Counted from the stretch's first letter, positions 24,001-37,600 are shown. The stretch: 64,000 bases of DNA from Klebsormidium nitens (GCA_000708835.1 DF237433.1:1-64000), one strand, 5' to 3'. Made by a program: numbers and translations. The notes: generated by a model not told the origin, from the letters alone.

Positions 24001-24646
24001 TGCACAGGTCTACCGTCAGATGAATGTTGTCATGAGGAAAAAGAATCTCGGACTGCGGTGGTGCGAACCACAGTGTCTACCTTGAACCAGAAGCTCCAGC
24101 ACTCTGCTCGACTGCAGGCAACACTTGAATGCTATTGCACATGTCTGACTTTGAGAGAACATCACTAGATGCTGCTCCAAGGCTTGTAGCAGTCTTCCAC
24201 TATCTTCAACACCCAAACACCAAAGCAAGAGACATATCCCAAATCTGCTGGCTGGAGCCGCTCCTCCCCTGTCCCGGATTGGGTGGAGCAACAGGTAATG
24301 GTTGAAGAAAGGCGCTCTGAGCCAATGCAATCACCTGCCTGCTGCCTGCATTGCACAATCTCAAAGGCCACTAAACACAAGAGTCAACATGCTTGGCAAA
24401 ACGATACGTACCTGCAGACAGCAGCCGGGCCTTTTCGTCCCGCAGCTGCTCTTTTTCCTTGCGCAGCTGCTTCTCCTTATCCCGCAACTGATCCTTTTCC
24501 TTCTCCCAACGCTGCACCTCACTCTCATTGCCAGCCGCTTCCGCACGACCAATCTTCTCTTTTGCTTCCTTAATCTCTGTTGAAAGAGCATCAATCTCTT
24601 CGTTCACCTTTGCGACTTGCAACTCAACAGCCTGGATAGCATCCAT
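21045..24646 (-). CDS. Crinkler/RHS-like protein: N-terminal coiled coil + P-loop NTPase + restriction-endonuclease-like domain; exons 24646-24412, 23125-22880, 22741-22561, 22408-22312, 22165-22038, 21813-21045
   Basis: Phase-consistent GT-AG joins give EKEKDQLRDKEKQLR, Walker A IIGNPG|IGKS, R|YLVDG, VLVTSPD, DR|WGGIPRFV, GNLWEGFCH, SVDSAV..LFQITVSKRH. Confidence 0.85.
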
Positions 24647-25089
24647 TTCGATTCTCTCTACCTTCAGTCTCTAGGACAGACCAGGCAGCATCTGGAAGCA
24701 AAATGCAAAGAGGAGAGAAGTGCTGATCTCCCGCCCCCTTCCCAGCCGAGATGATTGATGTCTAGAAAAATACTCGCAGGGATGGAGATTGCATGCGCCT
24801 GAGATGGTCCTTGAATGACGAGGACTCGTAGACAGGACAGGTACCAAGGCTTTCTGACCCGTACTAGCAGGATCACAGGAAAGAAAGGACGATCAGTGGT
24901 AAATCGTGTTTGATCGATGCTCTCGAAAGCGCTCCATGGCAGATGCGTTTTTCGAAGCTTTTTCTTTGCAACCGCCTTAACGCGCGCTGCTCGCGCTGTC
25001 TCTGCAATTAGGTTTCGGACGGGAGATTAACCGTGACTCCCAAAGTCTCGCTTCGCGGCCGGTTCGTTGTCCTACAGGCGACCTTCGTG

Positions 25090-25175
25090 CGGGCGGCATC
25101 GGGTCTCTCCGAAAGAGGGGGACACGTGGCACAATGTGGTTGGCCCTTTTTATGCCGTTAAACAGATGGTTAGTT
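25090..25175. repeat. Right copy of the ~80-bp direct repeat
   Basis: gcggcatcgggtctctccgaaagagggggacacgtg...ttttatgccgttaaacagatggtta. Confidence 0.75.
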
Positions 25176-25697
25176 GTATCCTAGGCAAGCGATTCTCTAC
25201 CGGGTACTCTGGGTACTCTACGGGGCGCCAGTCCCCGTCCGACGGTTACCCGGAATGTGGGCGTAGGCGTCACGCCGGCGGCATCGCCGAAGCGCGACGG
25301 CGGCACAATTTGGGCAATTGCCGTCGATCTCAAATGCACTCCCGAGTGCAGGCGCCCACTTGGGCCTAAAGGCACCCTGAATCAGTGCTCGACGACTAAA
25401 AAAGTGCAGCCCGGCCAAGATAGGTGCCCGGTTTGGCCTCTCACGTGGCAGTCAAAGCCATTTTTCAGCGTAACCCAACGCGGGTGGCATGCAAACCGCA
25501 ATTCAGAAGTCACTTTCCATAACTCTCGATTTCGTGCATGAAGGGTAGGTAAGCGCCATGAACGGTGACGGAAACACTTAACTAATAACCTAAACCATAG
25601 TTTGCAAGCTCCGCACCCATACCCACCCTAACCCCCTAATTAACCCCACCCGTCCCAGTTACCCTTCATGGCGCTAATACCCTTTTTAGCACAGATT

Positions 25698-26100
25698 NNN
25701 NNNNNNNNNNNNNNNNNNNNNNNNNNNNNNNNNNNNNNNNNNNNNNNNNNNNNNNNNNNNNNNNNNNNNNNNNNNNNNNNNNNNNNNNNNNNNNNNNNNN
25801 NNNNNNNNNNNNNNNNNNNNNNNNNNNNNNNNNNNNNNNNNNNNNNNNNNNNNNNNNNNNNNNNNNNNNNNNNNNNNNNNNNNNNNNNNNNNNNNNNNNN
25901 NNNNNNNNNNNNNNNNNNNNNNNNNNNNNNNNNNNNNNNNNNNNNNNNNNNNNNNNNNNNNNNNNNNNNNNNNNNNNNNNNNNNNNNNNNNNNNNNNNNN
26001 NNNNNNNNNNNNNNNNNNNNNNNNNNNNNNNNNNNNNNNNNNNNNNNNNNNNNNNNNNNNNNNNNNNNNNNNNNNNNNNNNNNNNNNNNNNNNNNNNNNN
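25698..26100. other. Assembly gap (N run)
   Basis: Run of n characters. Confidence 1.
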
Positions 26101-26974
26101 NAGAGCGGTGCATGGATTTGTTTGTTGGCCAGTCCGCATTTAGTCTGCGTCATTTTATAGGTCAGGAGAACCAACAGAGGGTTGCTAGCTTTGTTAGAGA
26201 GGCGTTTAGGACTCGAGACTACATTCAGACCTTGTCTCATGAGCCACCCATGGCTCCTACGGGACTAAAAAATAAATTGATTGATTGATTGACCCTTAAT
26301 AGGCTTGATTCATGTACCGTAGTTAATATCAGATCGAATTTCACTGTGCGGTCTCGGTTTACGACTCATACGAGAGGGAGTTCTTTTCAAGGGCGCTTGC
26401 ATGCTGCAGCCTGCAGGCTGCAGTGCTTGATGGGCAAAGCCGGGGGGCCAAAGGGGCAGCGTCCGGTGTCCGCTACCAATTCTTGCTGCTGGTCATTTGG
26501 GTAGCCCTTGCACCAGCATCTGTAGGTGAGTATGGTAGATTTGTTGCAGGGCAAAAGCTGCGCTGAATATTCCTGGACTGGGTTGTTTCCGGATTGCTCC
26601 CTGTGAGAACCAAAGAGCGCTTGATGATGATAATTTTCAGGGCTTTAATAAATCCTGAGCTGTGAATGACTAATGCACTCATGTACCTTGTTTTTTGCTC
26701 GTTTGTTGGCCTAGTATGTTCTGTACAGTACAGCAAATGATGGATGTCGTAGATTAAACACATGTACCCATGATATTTGCGAGGAGGCCATTTCAAGAAG
26801 CAAGGTGCAACGAAAGAATGAGACACAGTGTTAGTTATAGATCTGCATATCTTTGTACAAAGTATTCTTTATCAAAAGGCACTCTTTCCTCTCCCTCCCA
26901 AAAAGATATTGCTTTAAATGCCATCTCTCATCCATCAATCATTGGCCTTGCAGGTAGCCTTTGTGAAATCTACC

Positions 26975-29724
26975 ATGGCTGGATTTGCAACTTGTCTGGA
27001 TACAAGGATGCTACTTCTGGTAATCTTGTGGGGGTTTAGTCTCACGTGCAAAGTGCAGCCTGCCACCATGGAGGATGTTGGCAATCTGGTCCATGGTCCC
27101 CTCTGGAATCAGACAGAGATTGATCTTTCCAACAGCAACCTTGTCGGCCCCATCCCCACAGCGCTTAGCAGACTGGTGAACCTGACCTACCTCAACCTTT
27201 CCAGCAACGCCTTCTCAGGCCAGATTCCTCCTAGTCTTAGTAACCTGACCAACCTCGCTTACCTGGACCTCTCCTTCAACAAATTGTCTGGCTCTATTCC
27301 CCTTGAGCTTGGCAACCTAGCCCATCTTAAGTGCTTAAATCTCTCTGTTAATGGCCTCTCTGGCCCCATTCCTATGCAGCTTGATAATCTCACCAACCTC
27401 ATGTTTCTCTCCCTATTCCAGAACCAGTTGTCAGGCCCAATTCCTACAGCTTTAGGTAGTCCTGTCATTACGCACATCGATCTTTCCAACAATAGCCTTT
27501 TGGTCCCATCCCCTTGCAATTGGGCAACCTCACAAGTCTGACTTACCTTGACCTGTCTTTTAACAGGCTCTCGGGCCCCATCCCAAATGAGTTGGGTAAA
27601 CTGTCTAGTCTTACTGACCTCTTTCTCAATAACAATTATCTTTCGGGCTCCATCCCCCTTGAGGTCGGCAATCTTGCCAAGCTTTCCATTCTCTCCCTCT
27701 CCTCGAACAGATTTGCTGGCCCCATTCCCCCAGAGCTTGGCAGCCTAACTAAGCTCACCATTCTCTCCCTTTACAATAACAACCTTTTCGGTCCACTCCC
27801 TCCAGAGCTCGGTAGCCTGACCAAACTTACGGGGCTCGACCTGAGCAACAACAATTTTTCCGGTCCCATACCCCCAGAGCTTGGCTCTCTGACCAAATTG
27901 GCCGTGCTCATCCTGCACAACAACGACCTCTCTGGCCCCATTCCCCAAGAGCTCGGCAACCTGACCGAGTTTATCTGGCTAGAGCTGAACAACAACAATG
28001 ACCTCTCGGGCCCCATCCCTTTGGAGCTTGGCACTTTAAGCAAGCTTGAGGCCGTCGACCTCTCATCGACAAACACAACTTTCGATACCTTCAGCTTCTC
28101 GCACTGGAAGAACCTTTCGGTGCTGAGTCTTCCTGGCCCGCCCCCTCCCTCAATCCATGACACCAATACACTGTATTTGACTTTTGAGATCAACAATCAG
28201 ACAACAAAAGGTCTAGACTTGTCACTAGTGCCGGACTCGTGCAAGTTTGTAAGCGTGAGGGGCCCGCTCACCTACCTTGAAAGCATTCGTTTTTGGGGAG
28301 GTTGCGAGAAGGGATGCATCGTTAACTTGGCAAGCACAAGGGCGAGATTATCTGGCAGCACGCGGCGGAAAGTGTGCTTAAGCAAGATTTCGGTTTTCCT
28401 CAATGGGGACATTCCTGACGGCGTCGTCGAATATGTTACCGATGGGGTGCCTCGAAATAGAAACCTTCTTAAGAACGAACAGGGGTTGATCTTCAACTTG
28501 ACGGACCCGAATTTCGTGGACGAGATCGACCTGGGGCCCAATGGAAGAGCGTACACGGGGGTCGGGTTCTCGCGGGTCCAGGCGGGCAATCTGTGCGGCT
28601 ACCCCGAGGCGAAGATGGTCGCTGCTTCCGTGTTCGGCTCGGCTGCCGTGCTTCTCGTTCTGGCGACCTTCGCCATCATCGTGGTGGCTCGGTGGCGCCG
28701 TCGGATCCGCGGAAACTCCTTGAGCGAGAGCCGCTATCACATGTGAGTCAATGCTCGTCCGTCATCCATGATGTGTGGTGCACGAGGGGCTCGTTTGATA
28801 CACCACTACGTTATATTTGGATGCTTGTTGGTCACGGGGGTATTGATGTTGCACGAAGGGCTCCTGTGTTCTAGTGTATCCTAGTGTTGCGAGCAGAAAG
28901 TAGTTAGTCTGAGACGTTGACAATTAAGCAGTCACAAAAGAGTGCACTGTCTCTCTTGCAGTTTGAGGCAAGGTGGCGTCTATTTGTGGGGAGCCGCTCG
29001 GGCAGTCCTGCCGGTGGTGGACCTTGCCACAGACTTCCTGGTGTTGAGCGAGGTGTGGGGTGCGTGGCCGATGTGGGTGTTGTTGGCGTCCGTCGGCGCA
29101 CCCTTCGCGTTCGGGGCTTACGTGCTGGCCAAGGCTTGGGCGTCGGCCAGGACACCCTTACTTAAGTGGAAGGGCATGCGGGTGCGTTGGTTGTGGCCGC
29201 TTCCGGAATTGGGCGAGGAGCGGCTCAAGTCCGAAGGCACGAATGCGCGGTACTCCTGGCTGCTCGCGATCGTCCTTCTGCCCTTGGGGCTGGTTGGCAT
29301 CCTCGTCCAAGACCTGCTGTCCGTGGCGGAGCGGTTCGGGGTCCATCTGGCGTGGGGGGACGAGATCGTCGTTTTCGAGCGCTACCACGAGTCCCGGGTG
29401 ATGGTCGAGCTGCTCCTGGAGTCCTTGCCACAAGCTGTATTTCAGACCGGACTCTACATCATAGGGAGCTCGAGGGCGACGCGCATCTACATCGACGAAC
29501 GCATATTCGTGCAGTCTATCGTAGTCTCTCTGTGTAGCATGCCCATTCACTACTGCACTATGTTATGGGAGGCGGTCTACGAGGGAAAGACATTGATGAG
29601 GGTGTTTCTGGACCGTTTCGAGAGTGCGGGGCAGCCGATCATTGTGACGGTCACGCCGACCAAGGATGAAGAGGAGATGGGGAGACTGAGCTTGAATAGC
29701 CAATTGAAGGCACAACATACCTAG
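26975..29724 (+). CDS. LRR receptor-like protein (signal peptide, plant-type LRRs, TM) probably spliced to an XK-related multi-pass membrane domain; exons 26975-28742 and 28962-29724; 1-nt frameshift near 27497
   Basis: LxxLxxLxLxxNxLSGPIPxELG repeats; TM AASVFGSAAVLLVLATFAIIVV followed by RWRRR. Donor CACAT|GTGAGT and acceptor TTGCAG|T are both phase 2 (YHI-LRQGG). XK-like motifs VDLATDFLVL and ELLLESLPQAVFQ. The run ccttttggt is one base short of an in-frame join. Confidence 0.75.
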
Positions 29725-31239
29725 CCTGTAACATCTGGCTTGTACAAATAATCTAAATAGTGTGAGGGAAAATTGCTATCATGCATGGTTGGTCATCCTT
29801 TTAAACGATCGAGATGCACCTTGTAACTCTAGCATGTGTCTCTCCCTCTAGCGTGGCTTCTTCCGGTTAGCAATCTGCCGGTTCAAGTTGACACTGCGTG
29901 CATCATATTGCATATTTCAGGACATTTAGTCGAACAGACGAGTCAGTTTGAAGGCTGCAGCTAGATGGCCTAAATGTGTGCGGTCGACGGATTCAGCAAA
30001 ATCCCGATCGCCCGAATGCAGGCCAGCCCAAGTCAGAGTTGGCGAGCAACGACAAGCTTCAGCTAGATTAATACGGAGACTAATGCATGCGTGACTGATC
30101 GAAAGAAGCTCCAGGCCCCTGCTGGCAATGACCACGGGAATCATTGCAACGTCAGAAGCTGCGAGATGAGAGTGAGATGTGGACGCAACAGATGAGCCCG
30201 GTATATAAGGGTTCCAGGAAGAGAAGGGAATTGAACGGAGGAAGATCATGGAAATAGCTCGGTCATACATTCAGAGGTTCTCGATGCATTTTAATCCGCT
30301 AGTCGTAATCTTGATAGTATAGATGTGTGCAGTGGGTGTGACAAAGTTTTGTGTATCATACTATACATCCTATACACAAATTGCCCCGACGCCGGATCTG
30401 GATTGCCAGTGTGTCGAGGAGAAACTTTTGCTCGCCTTCTGCTCAGACCGTACCGAATTAACATGATAAGTGCACACGTTTGTGACTCGTGCATCCGACT
30501 TCTTTATGCGCGTGATCTGAAAATGTTTGCGGCACACATTTGCTAGCGTATCAAGCATGGGCCTCGATCACGGTTCGACTGGACTTTCAGCTTCTTTGGG
30601 AGCAATTTGCGATTGGGAATTTCAGTGCTAAGCCGGGAAGCTGCTTTTTGGGTCATCACGCAGGCCCCGTTTCAAATTGCATAGGCCCCGTTTCAAGGGT
30701 CTGTCAACTGCAATGAGGGTTTTGAGCTCAAAACCCTAACTAGTACGTTGGGGGTGCCCTAACCGGGGAGGTCGCGGGCCATGCAAGATTCCTGAGCCTC
30801 TGACTACAACATCATTAGCTTTTCCAATTGCACACATGGTAGTATACATCCGGCTAGCTCACTGCCAGGCTTTTTGGGGTAGCTAGAAAGATCATGCATG
30901 TGAGTTTGGAGTCTTCTGAATCATGATCATTGATACGTTAACATACTGTATGCAGTGATTTACACTCCGTCAACATCATGCGCGGCATGCATTTGCATGC
31001 ACTCAGCCGCCTGAGTCCTCTGTTGATAGAAGCTGGTACCTAGACAAAACTCATCTAAAGCCTGTCTGGTTCGGGCCAGCGAATCGACACCCTCTCTTAT
31101 TTCGCCTTGAATTTTGCGTGGCCTAAATTCATGTTAGATGGCCACTATGCTGCGTGTTGCTATACTAAGGCTGGAACCACTGCCTGAGAGCTTTCGGAAC
31201 TTGGCTGCAATCCTTGCATACAGAATGTACACACATGTC

Positions 31240-31326
31240 GTTGGAGAATTTCTGTGGGAGTCTGTGTAGACAAGAATCGTGTATACACACTCTTGTCTAC
31301 ACAGACTCCCACAGAAATTCTCCAAC
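31240..31326. repeat. Perfect 36-bp inverted repeat with a 15-nt loop
   Basis: gttggagaatttctgtgggagtctgtgtagacaaga / tcttgtctacacagactcccacagaaattctccaac. Confidence 0.95.
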
Positions 31327-31670
31327 TTAGCAGCGTCCTTAACTTCAGACTTAACTTGAGATTATAGACCCTGGTGGCCTGGCTAGCCGTTTTAAGCTTG
31401 GTTCAACCACTCTCTGATTGATTTATTGCCAACCGTGCGTGGATGGACTTAGCCACTAGCTTCAATGTCTTGAGGGTGTCTCAGCCAACACTTTGCTTGC
31501 CCACTTGTACGCAGGTTCTAGCACAATCGTACGCTCTCGAAAACGAGGGAGGCTTTTGTGCCTTACTCGTTACTAAGTTATTGCAGCGTCTATTGATTAA
31601 CAACTCGGATTGTCGGTCCAAACGCTAATTCTGTACAACACCAATGCAGCCTCCTCATAAAGCATATCGG

Positions 31671-34600
31671 CTACGCCACTTTCTTTGCTGTGGGGTCAAC
31701 ACCCGCCGTGTTGTCTGCATTTGCAAAAACTGCTTGTTTCGTCCTGAACTCCTTTTCCCGCAGTTTCTTGAGCTCCTGCCGGTTGCTATCCAGAACCCTG
31801 TCCACGTCCTTCTGCAGCAATTTGGAGCTTTCGCTCAGAAACGGCAAGAAAAACAGATTGTTCAAATCATCGCTTTTGTCGTGAACGATCAACGCTCAAG
31901 GCGAGACTTAAGCAAGACTCAAAGCGAGACTCAAAAGATCTAGTATTTTCTGCGGATCAAGTTTGCTTGTCTGCGATTGTTGTTTAGAGCAACAAGTAGC
32001 TCGCATGATACAACGGGTCAGAAAAATTTGCGCAGAGAGTAACTAAAGCCCTGAGTTCTTGCTGCACGAACCAGAACTGTCACCACAGATCAACAACCTG
32101 GGGCGGAGAAGTTCAAAGGTATTTATGAAACGACATCAGTGCCCCACTTAATGAAAGTTGACTCGGAAGTAAGAAAAGGGACATGCGTTTGAACAATGTA
32201 AGAACGAAACTATGCACCGAGAGACGCAGAGACGAGAGAATTACCTTGTGAAGCCGATAGATTTCCGCAAGGGGCTGAGTCGTGCCAGCTGCCGTCATGA
32301 CCGGTTTAATGAACACTTTGGGCAGTAGCCAATGACAGATGCCCTGCATTAAATGCCCGGCAGACGATCAGACGGTCTGTAAACCATTCGTCAGAAGCCG
32401 ACATTCTGCAGCTAAGAGCTAACGGTCGGAGTTGGCAGTCAGGACCTCCAACGATGGAGAGCAGCTTGTTCATCGGACACTTTTGCTAAAGTTCAAATTG
32501 CCAGGACAAAGCTTTTGGTCCGAGGCAGAAAGGTAAGTGGTCGCAAGGCTATCTGGGCATCGATGTCAAAACCCAAGCGCACCTCTCTGAACACGCGGAT
32601 CGCGTGTCCGAGCGCCAAAGACACCTCATGGGCGCTTGACTCTCGGACAGATCAATAGTGAATGCTCGTCGTGGCTAAGCCTCATTTCAAACCTACATAG
32701 TTTCTTGCTTACTTCCCCCTCAGCGTTCAAAAACACACATTTCTGAACATGCGGTTCGCGTTTCGGGGCGCCGAAGACACCTTCACAGTGCCGGAGCCTC
32801 GGACAACTCCGGTCGATGCGTGCCCTTCGAATTCCAACCGTCATTATTCGACACAAGCCAATGCTAAGAGTGAGGCTCTCAGCGAAGCGTACGACACAAA
32901 AGAACAAACGAAACGAGCGTACCTGTCTGAAAATGCGGATCGGTTTTGCGAGCGCCAAAGACACCTTCATCGGCGCCTGACTCTCATAAAGATTCATCGA
33001 CAGCGCACTTCGCTGCTACTCCCCTCCCCTAATCTTTCCATATGTTTTCCACCCTTTTCTCAGCTTTGAAACGCACCTGTCTGAACATGCGGATCGTATT
33101 CCCAAGCGCCAGAGACACTTTCATGGGCGCTTGACTCTCGGATAAGTGCAGTCAATGGATCCCTTCAAAAATCCAGCCGTCATCATTCATCAGATTCTAA
33201 ACTCAACGGTCGGAGGCTGGCAGCGAAGCGTACAACACACAGAACAAACGAAACGAGCATACCTGTCTAAACATCCGGATCGCGTTTCCGAGGGCCAGAG
33301 ACACCTTCATGGGCGCCTGACTCTCGGACAGGTCCACCAGCGCGTGGCCCTCAGGAACACGTAGCGCCGAGTACCGCTCCAGGACGCCCGGCAGCTCCGA
33401 GGCGTCGCTCTGCACGGAACGGAAGCGGAATCGTAAACGGAACGGTCAGCGATAAAGGTGACAATATGCTTGACTCTCGGACAGGTCCACAAGAGCGTGA
33501 CCCTCAGGAACGCGTAGCGCTGAGTAATGTCCCAACATGGTGTCAATATCGGACAGTGTACGAAAGCGTGTCCTTCCAACGCGCAGGACACTTTCAGTGG
33601 CGCTCCAAGACGCCCGGCAGCTCCGCTCTGTGCGGAACGGAAACGAAAACGAAGCATCGTGAAGCTGATTGTGTTCTGAACTGGCATCTTGACACCGTTT
33701 TCATACTTTACCGAGGGAATCTGGAATTTTGGAGGGCCAGTCGGCATCAAGCGAAGATCAGAGCTGTGCCTTTATGCTCGAATGCTCCTTTAAGGCGGAC
33801 CAGCGCTCAAGGAAGTAGATTTTCTTCAGCCAACGGGGGTGAGAGCAGCAAGAAGGACGCGCAGCCCTCGACTTTTTCTTCAACCTAAAAACTATCAAAC
33901 GTCCCAGAACTGTCGAATCAATGGGCGCTTACCATGCCTAAAAGGAGCGACGCGAGCGCGGCCGCGTCGGCGAGGGAGGTGTTGCAGCCCTGCCCGATGG
34001 AGGGGCTCGTGGAGTGTGCGGCGTCGCCCATCAGAACAGCGCGGCCGTCCGCATCGTGATATTGGCTGCACTTAAGCTGCAAAAAAGCGTCCGAAGATCT
34101 CAGTCAGGTCCAAGAAAACGTCCGAATGCCGAGTGGGTGTCGGAATGTGCTTGAAGGGACCTCTTCTTCTTGTTGTAAATGCGCACACAGAAAATCCGAC
34201 TTCTGTGAAGCGAAGCGTCGTCCATTAGGACAGCGCGACCGTCCGCACCGTGGTACTGGCTGCACTTAAGCTGCAACAAAGCGTTCGAATATCGCTGTGG
34301 CTGTCCAGACAAGCGTCCGAGACTTTTGACTTCTGTGGAACCTCGCCAGTTTCGAATCGTGCGACCGTTTGCGTTGCGTACTGGCCGCACTTGAGCTGCA
34401 AACGAGCGTCCCTTTCTGCGGTTTGATTATCCACTCTATCGAATCCTGTTCTCATAATCTAAAATCGAAGGAGGAATTCGCTTGCGTAAGTTGGCGCCCA
34501 TCGAAACCATGGGATCGCCCGCATCATGGTACTGAATGCACGTGAGCAAGCGTCAGGAGATAGGGGATGTGGCTGCAGATGACATTCTTGTGAGATTGGC

Positions 34601-37600
34601 TGCCCAGATTTTGAAAGTGGGTATTGACTTGTGTGTGAAACGGCGCCCATCAGAACCATGCGGTCGTCTATGTGTGATACTTACTGGCACTTCGATCCTA
34701 AGAGCGTCCTAAAATCGACGTAACGAGTTTCAATTTGTCACAGCTGTGAATAGTTCAGTGCGTTTGGCTGCTCGGACTCTAATGAAAAGTCGCATCTTTG
34801 CACGGATTTGCAAGGATTTTAGGGTTGGGCGATTTAATTGCTGTCTCCTTCAGCTGCAGCTGGTGAGCAGCTCGTACCTATTCTCGAAGATCAAAATTAT
34901 CGAGCCTCGTAACCAGAAGCCCCATTAGTGGTGATTCACATTCGGGTGTGATTCCCTGCATCTCAAATAGACGCCCCTAGCTCTCGGACTAATTGCTTCC
35001 GCCTTACCTGCATGCTCCGCGACGGCCGCTGCGTGACCAGCGATTCCGCCGCCTCCAGCGGAACCTGCAGCCACGGAAGGTGCCGCTCCAAAAACTCCTT
35101 CGCTTCTTGCCCTGTCTTGAGGGCCAGCCACGGTTCAGGGGGTTCCGCGATTTGCCAGCCCAAAACCAGGCACATCGTCGGGTCGCCTTCAAGCCTGGCA
35201 AGGGGTGAACGACGGTCCATTGCTGTTAACAGATAAGGACAGATACGGACAATCGGATACGGCTTTCGCGTTGAGGGGCTCATAGAACCCGCATGAGGCA
35301 CGCGGTTTAATAACTCCCCTTCCGCCTAAAAAACACTCACGGCCGACCAGGTTAGCAGTATACGTGAGGAGAGTTAAGTCACCATGGTTGCATGTAGCTG
35401 ACGCGATTTACATGGGGGAGTGATGCTGAGTGGCCCGCCCAGTGACGCCTTTGAAGCCTGGAAACTTCTAGAATTATAAAGGAAGTAATTGACTTTTAAG
35501 CCAAACAATAAATCTCCAAGCGAGCCTCGAGCAATACCGACAAGCTTCGACAATTTCCTTCAGGGCCTTGGGACCAAACGACGAAATCCGAGAGTTTTTT
35601 GCATGAGCAGCCCGCTTAGGCCGCCCAGGTAATCCCCTGGGCCGAAAATCTCAAGCCGCGCGACTTACGAGAGAGTGCTGGGCAAGAGCAGCCCGCCTAG
35701 GCCGCCCGGTTTGCTTCCCAGGATGATCATCCAGTTGTGCTCGGTGGCCGGAGGCACCGGGATGTTAGCCACCAGCCACTGGGAGCCCAGGTCGCGCTGC
35801 TCGTAGTCGAAACTGCAAAGCGAGGAGAAGAGGCTGAGTATTTCGACGAAAGTTACATAAAGAGACGCAACGCATTCGATTGTGCTCGGTGGCCGTAAGC
35901 ACCGGGATGCTAGTCACTGGGAGCCCAGGTCTCGCTGCTTGTAGTCGAAACTGCGAAGCAAATAGAGGAATCGCTTTCTTTTCGAAGGAGACCATCCGCA
36001 GGCTGAGTACGTTCGAGGCTGAGTACGTTCGAGGAAGACTCTTTCAGATGACAAGTCTCAAGAGGCGTGGCAAAGATGTCAATCTCGTTCGGACCACTTG
36101 AAAGATTCACGAAAGGGGGAGGGCAGATAATGAGTTCATTGCTCTTGTTCCGCCCTGAAGAAAAGCAAACACGAAAGATATAGTCCTCAAGGTCTTCAAC
36201 ATAGTTGACGCCTCGTTAACTCGGCAGTGATAAGATGGGCTTCAACAATGCGCAAGAACACCGGCATTGGCACCAGTTTGCCATTAAGCTCAAGATAACC
36301 AAACTTGAAGTTACTATAACCGGGGCGCAAAACCCACCTCCTGAGATGCTGCATCATGCTGCCTCGCACCACCGACCGAACCCCATCTGCGCCGACCAGC
36401 AAGTCATACTCCTTGGTGTAAACAACCTCCCCGTGCCCATTCACACCGGCAGTCACGAAGCCCTTCACACCAGCCGTCTCAATCCCGGTAGCCGCGTTTA
36501 TGCGGTCGATAGGGAGCAGCCCGCCGGTTTGGACGTCCGAAAAAGTGACAGTGCGGGCGTCCATATCGACTTGAGTGCAGCTCTGGTTGAAGCGGACTTC
36601 CAGCAGCTTGGTGTCGCCATACCTGGAGAAACGAAATTTTACTCCTAGGCCTGAAACCTATGTCAACAATACGTACGGATGGACCAGAATCCTTGCCGCT
36701 ACTCTCTGCATCAAAGCTCATGTTCTTATCATGAATATGGCCACCTTAATTGCGTTATGCCGAGTTAAGGTGCCGGGTCAGCTGAACAACCAGCTCCGAC
36801 TTTTGGTCAGGTGTCAAACAGGATTGGTTTCAAAACTGAGCTCAAACTGACAATATCTTCCTGGGTTCTTAGAGGTAAACTTTTGTGGGTTAGGGGAGAC
36901 TGGACGACACGGATTATGATCAGCATAACCGAGTACGATACATACATGTCGTGTAATTTCCTGCCGTCGGACTGGGAAGCTGGAAGGTATCAAACTTTCA
37001 AATCATTAATCAAGGGTGGGAGCGCTCACAATTAGGTGAGTTTGTGGTTAACGAGGTCAATGGTTGAGGGGTTTGACCAATCACAGGACGAATAAACTGT
37101 GTCATCACGGGGCGCACTCGACATGATATCAATGGTGTCAAATCGTCTCGGATTTGGTATTACTCGTCCTTCTTTTGTCAGTTGGTACAACAACTGGCCA
37201 GAAAACCCGAGCAGACGGCAAGTCTGGAAAACCCACACGCAAGCCATGAACCTTACTTGGCCATGAGATGCTCTAGCATGGCCGCGCACAGCGCAGTGCG
37301 GTCGGTGATCACATTGCCGTCGTCTTTGGTCGGGTCGGCCCGCCCCGGTAGTTCGATCAGCCGCCCGAACAGCCAAATTTTGCCGAGCTTTGTTGGCACG
37401 CCGGCAGCCTGCAAAAACGAAGCACAACTATCAATGAAGCATTCAAGGTCTTACGGAGCTTCCCTGCGTCTCATCTATCCAAATGCAATGTTGAGAGGAT
37501 AGCACAAGCCACCAACCGAAAAGCTTAGGCCTTCCTGAATCTTGCAAGAACAAGGAACGAGAGAAGACCATTTCTTGTGTTCTTGACAGAAAGTCAGAAG

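Noticed and set aside
25610-25650. Telomere-like ccctaa motifs
   Set aside because: Only two or three imperfect units, not a tandem tract.
25640-26288. ORFs spanning the N run
   Set aside because: Artefacts of translating the gap.
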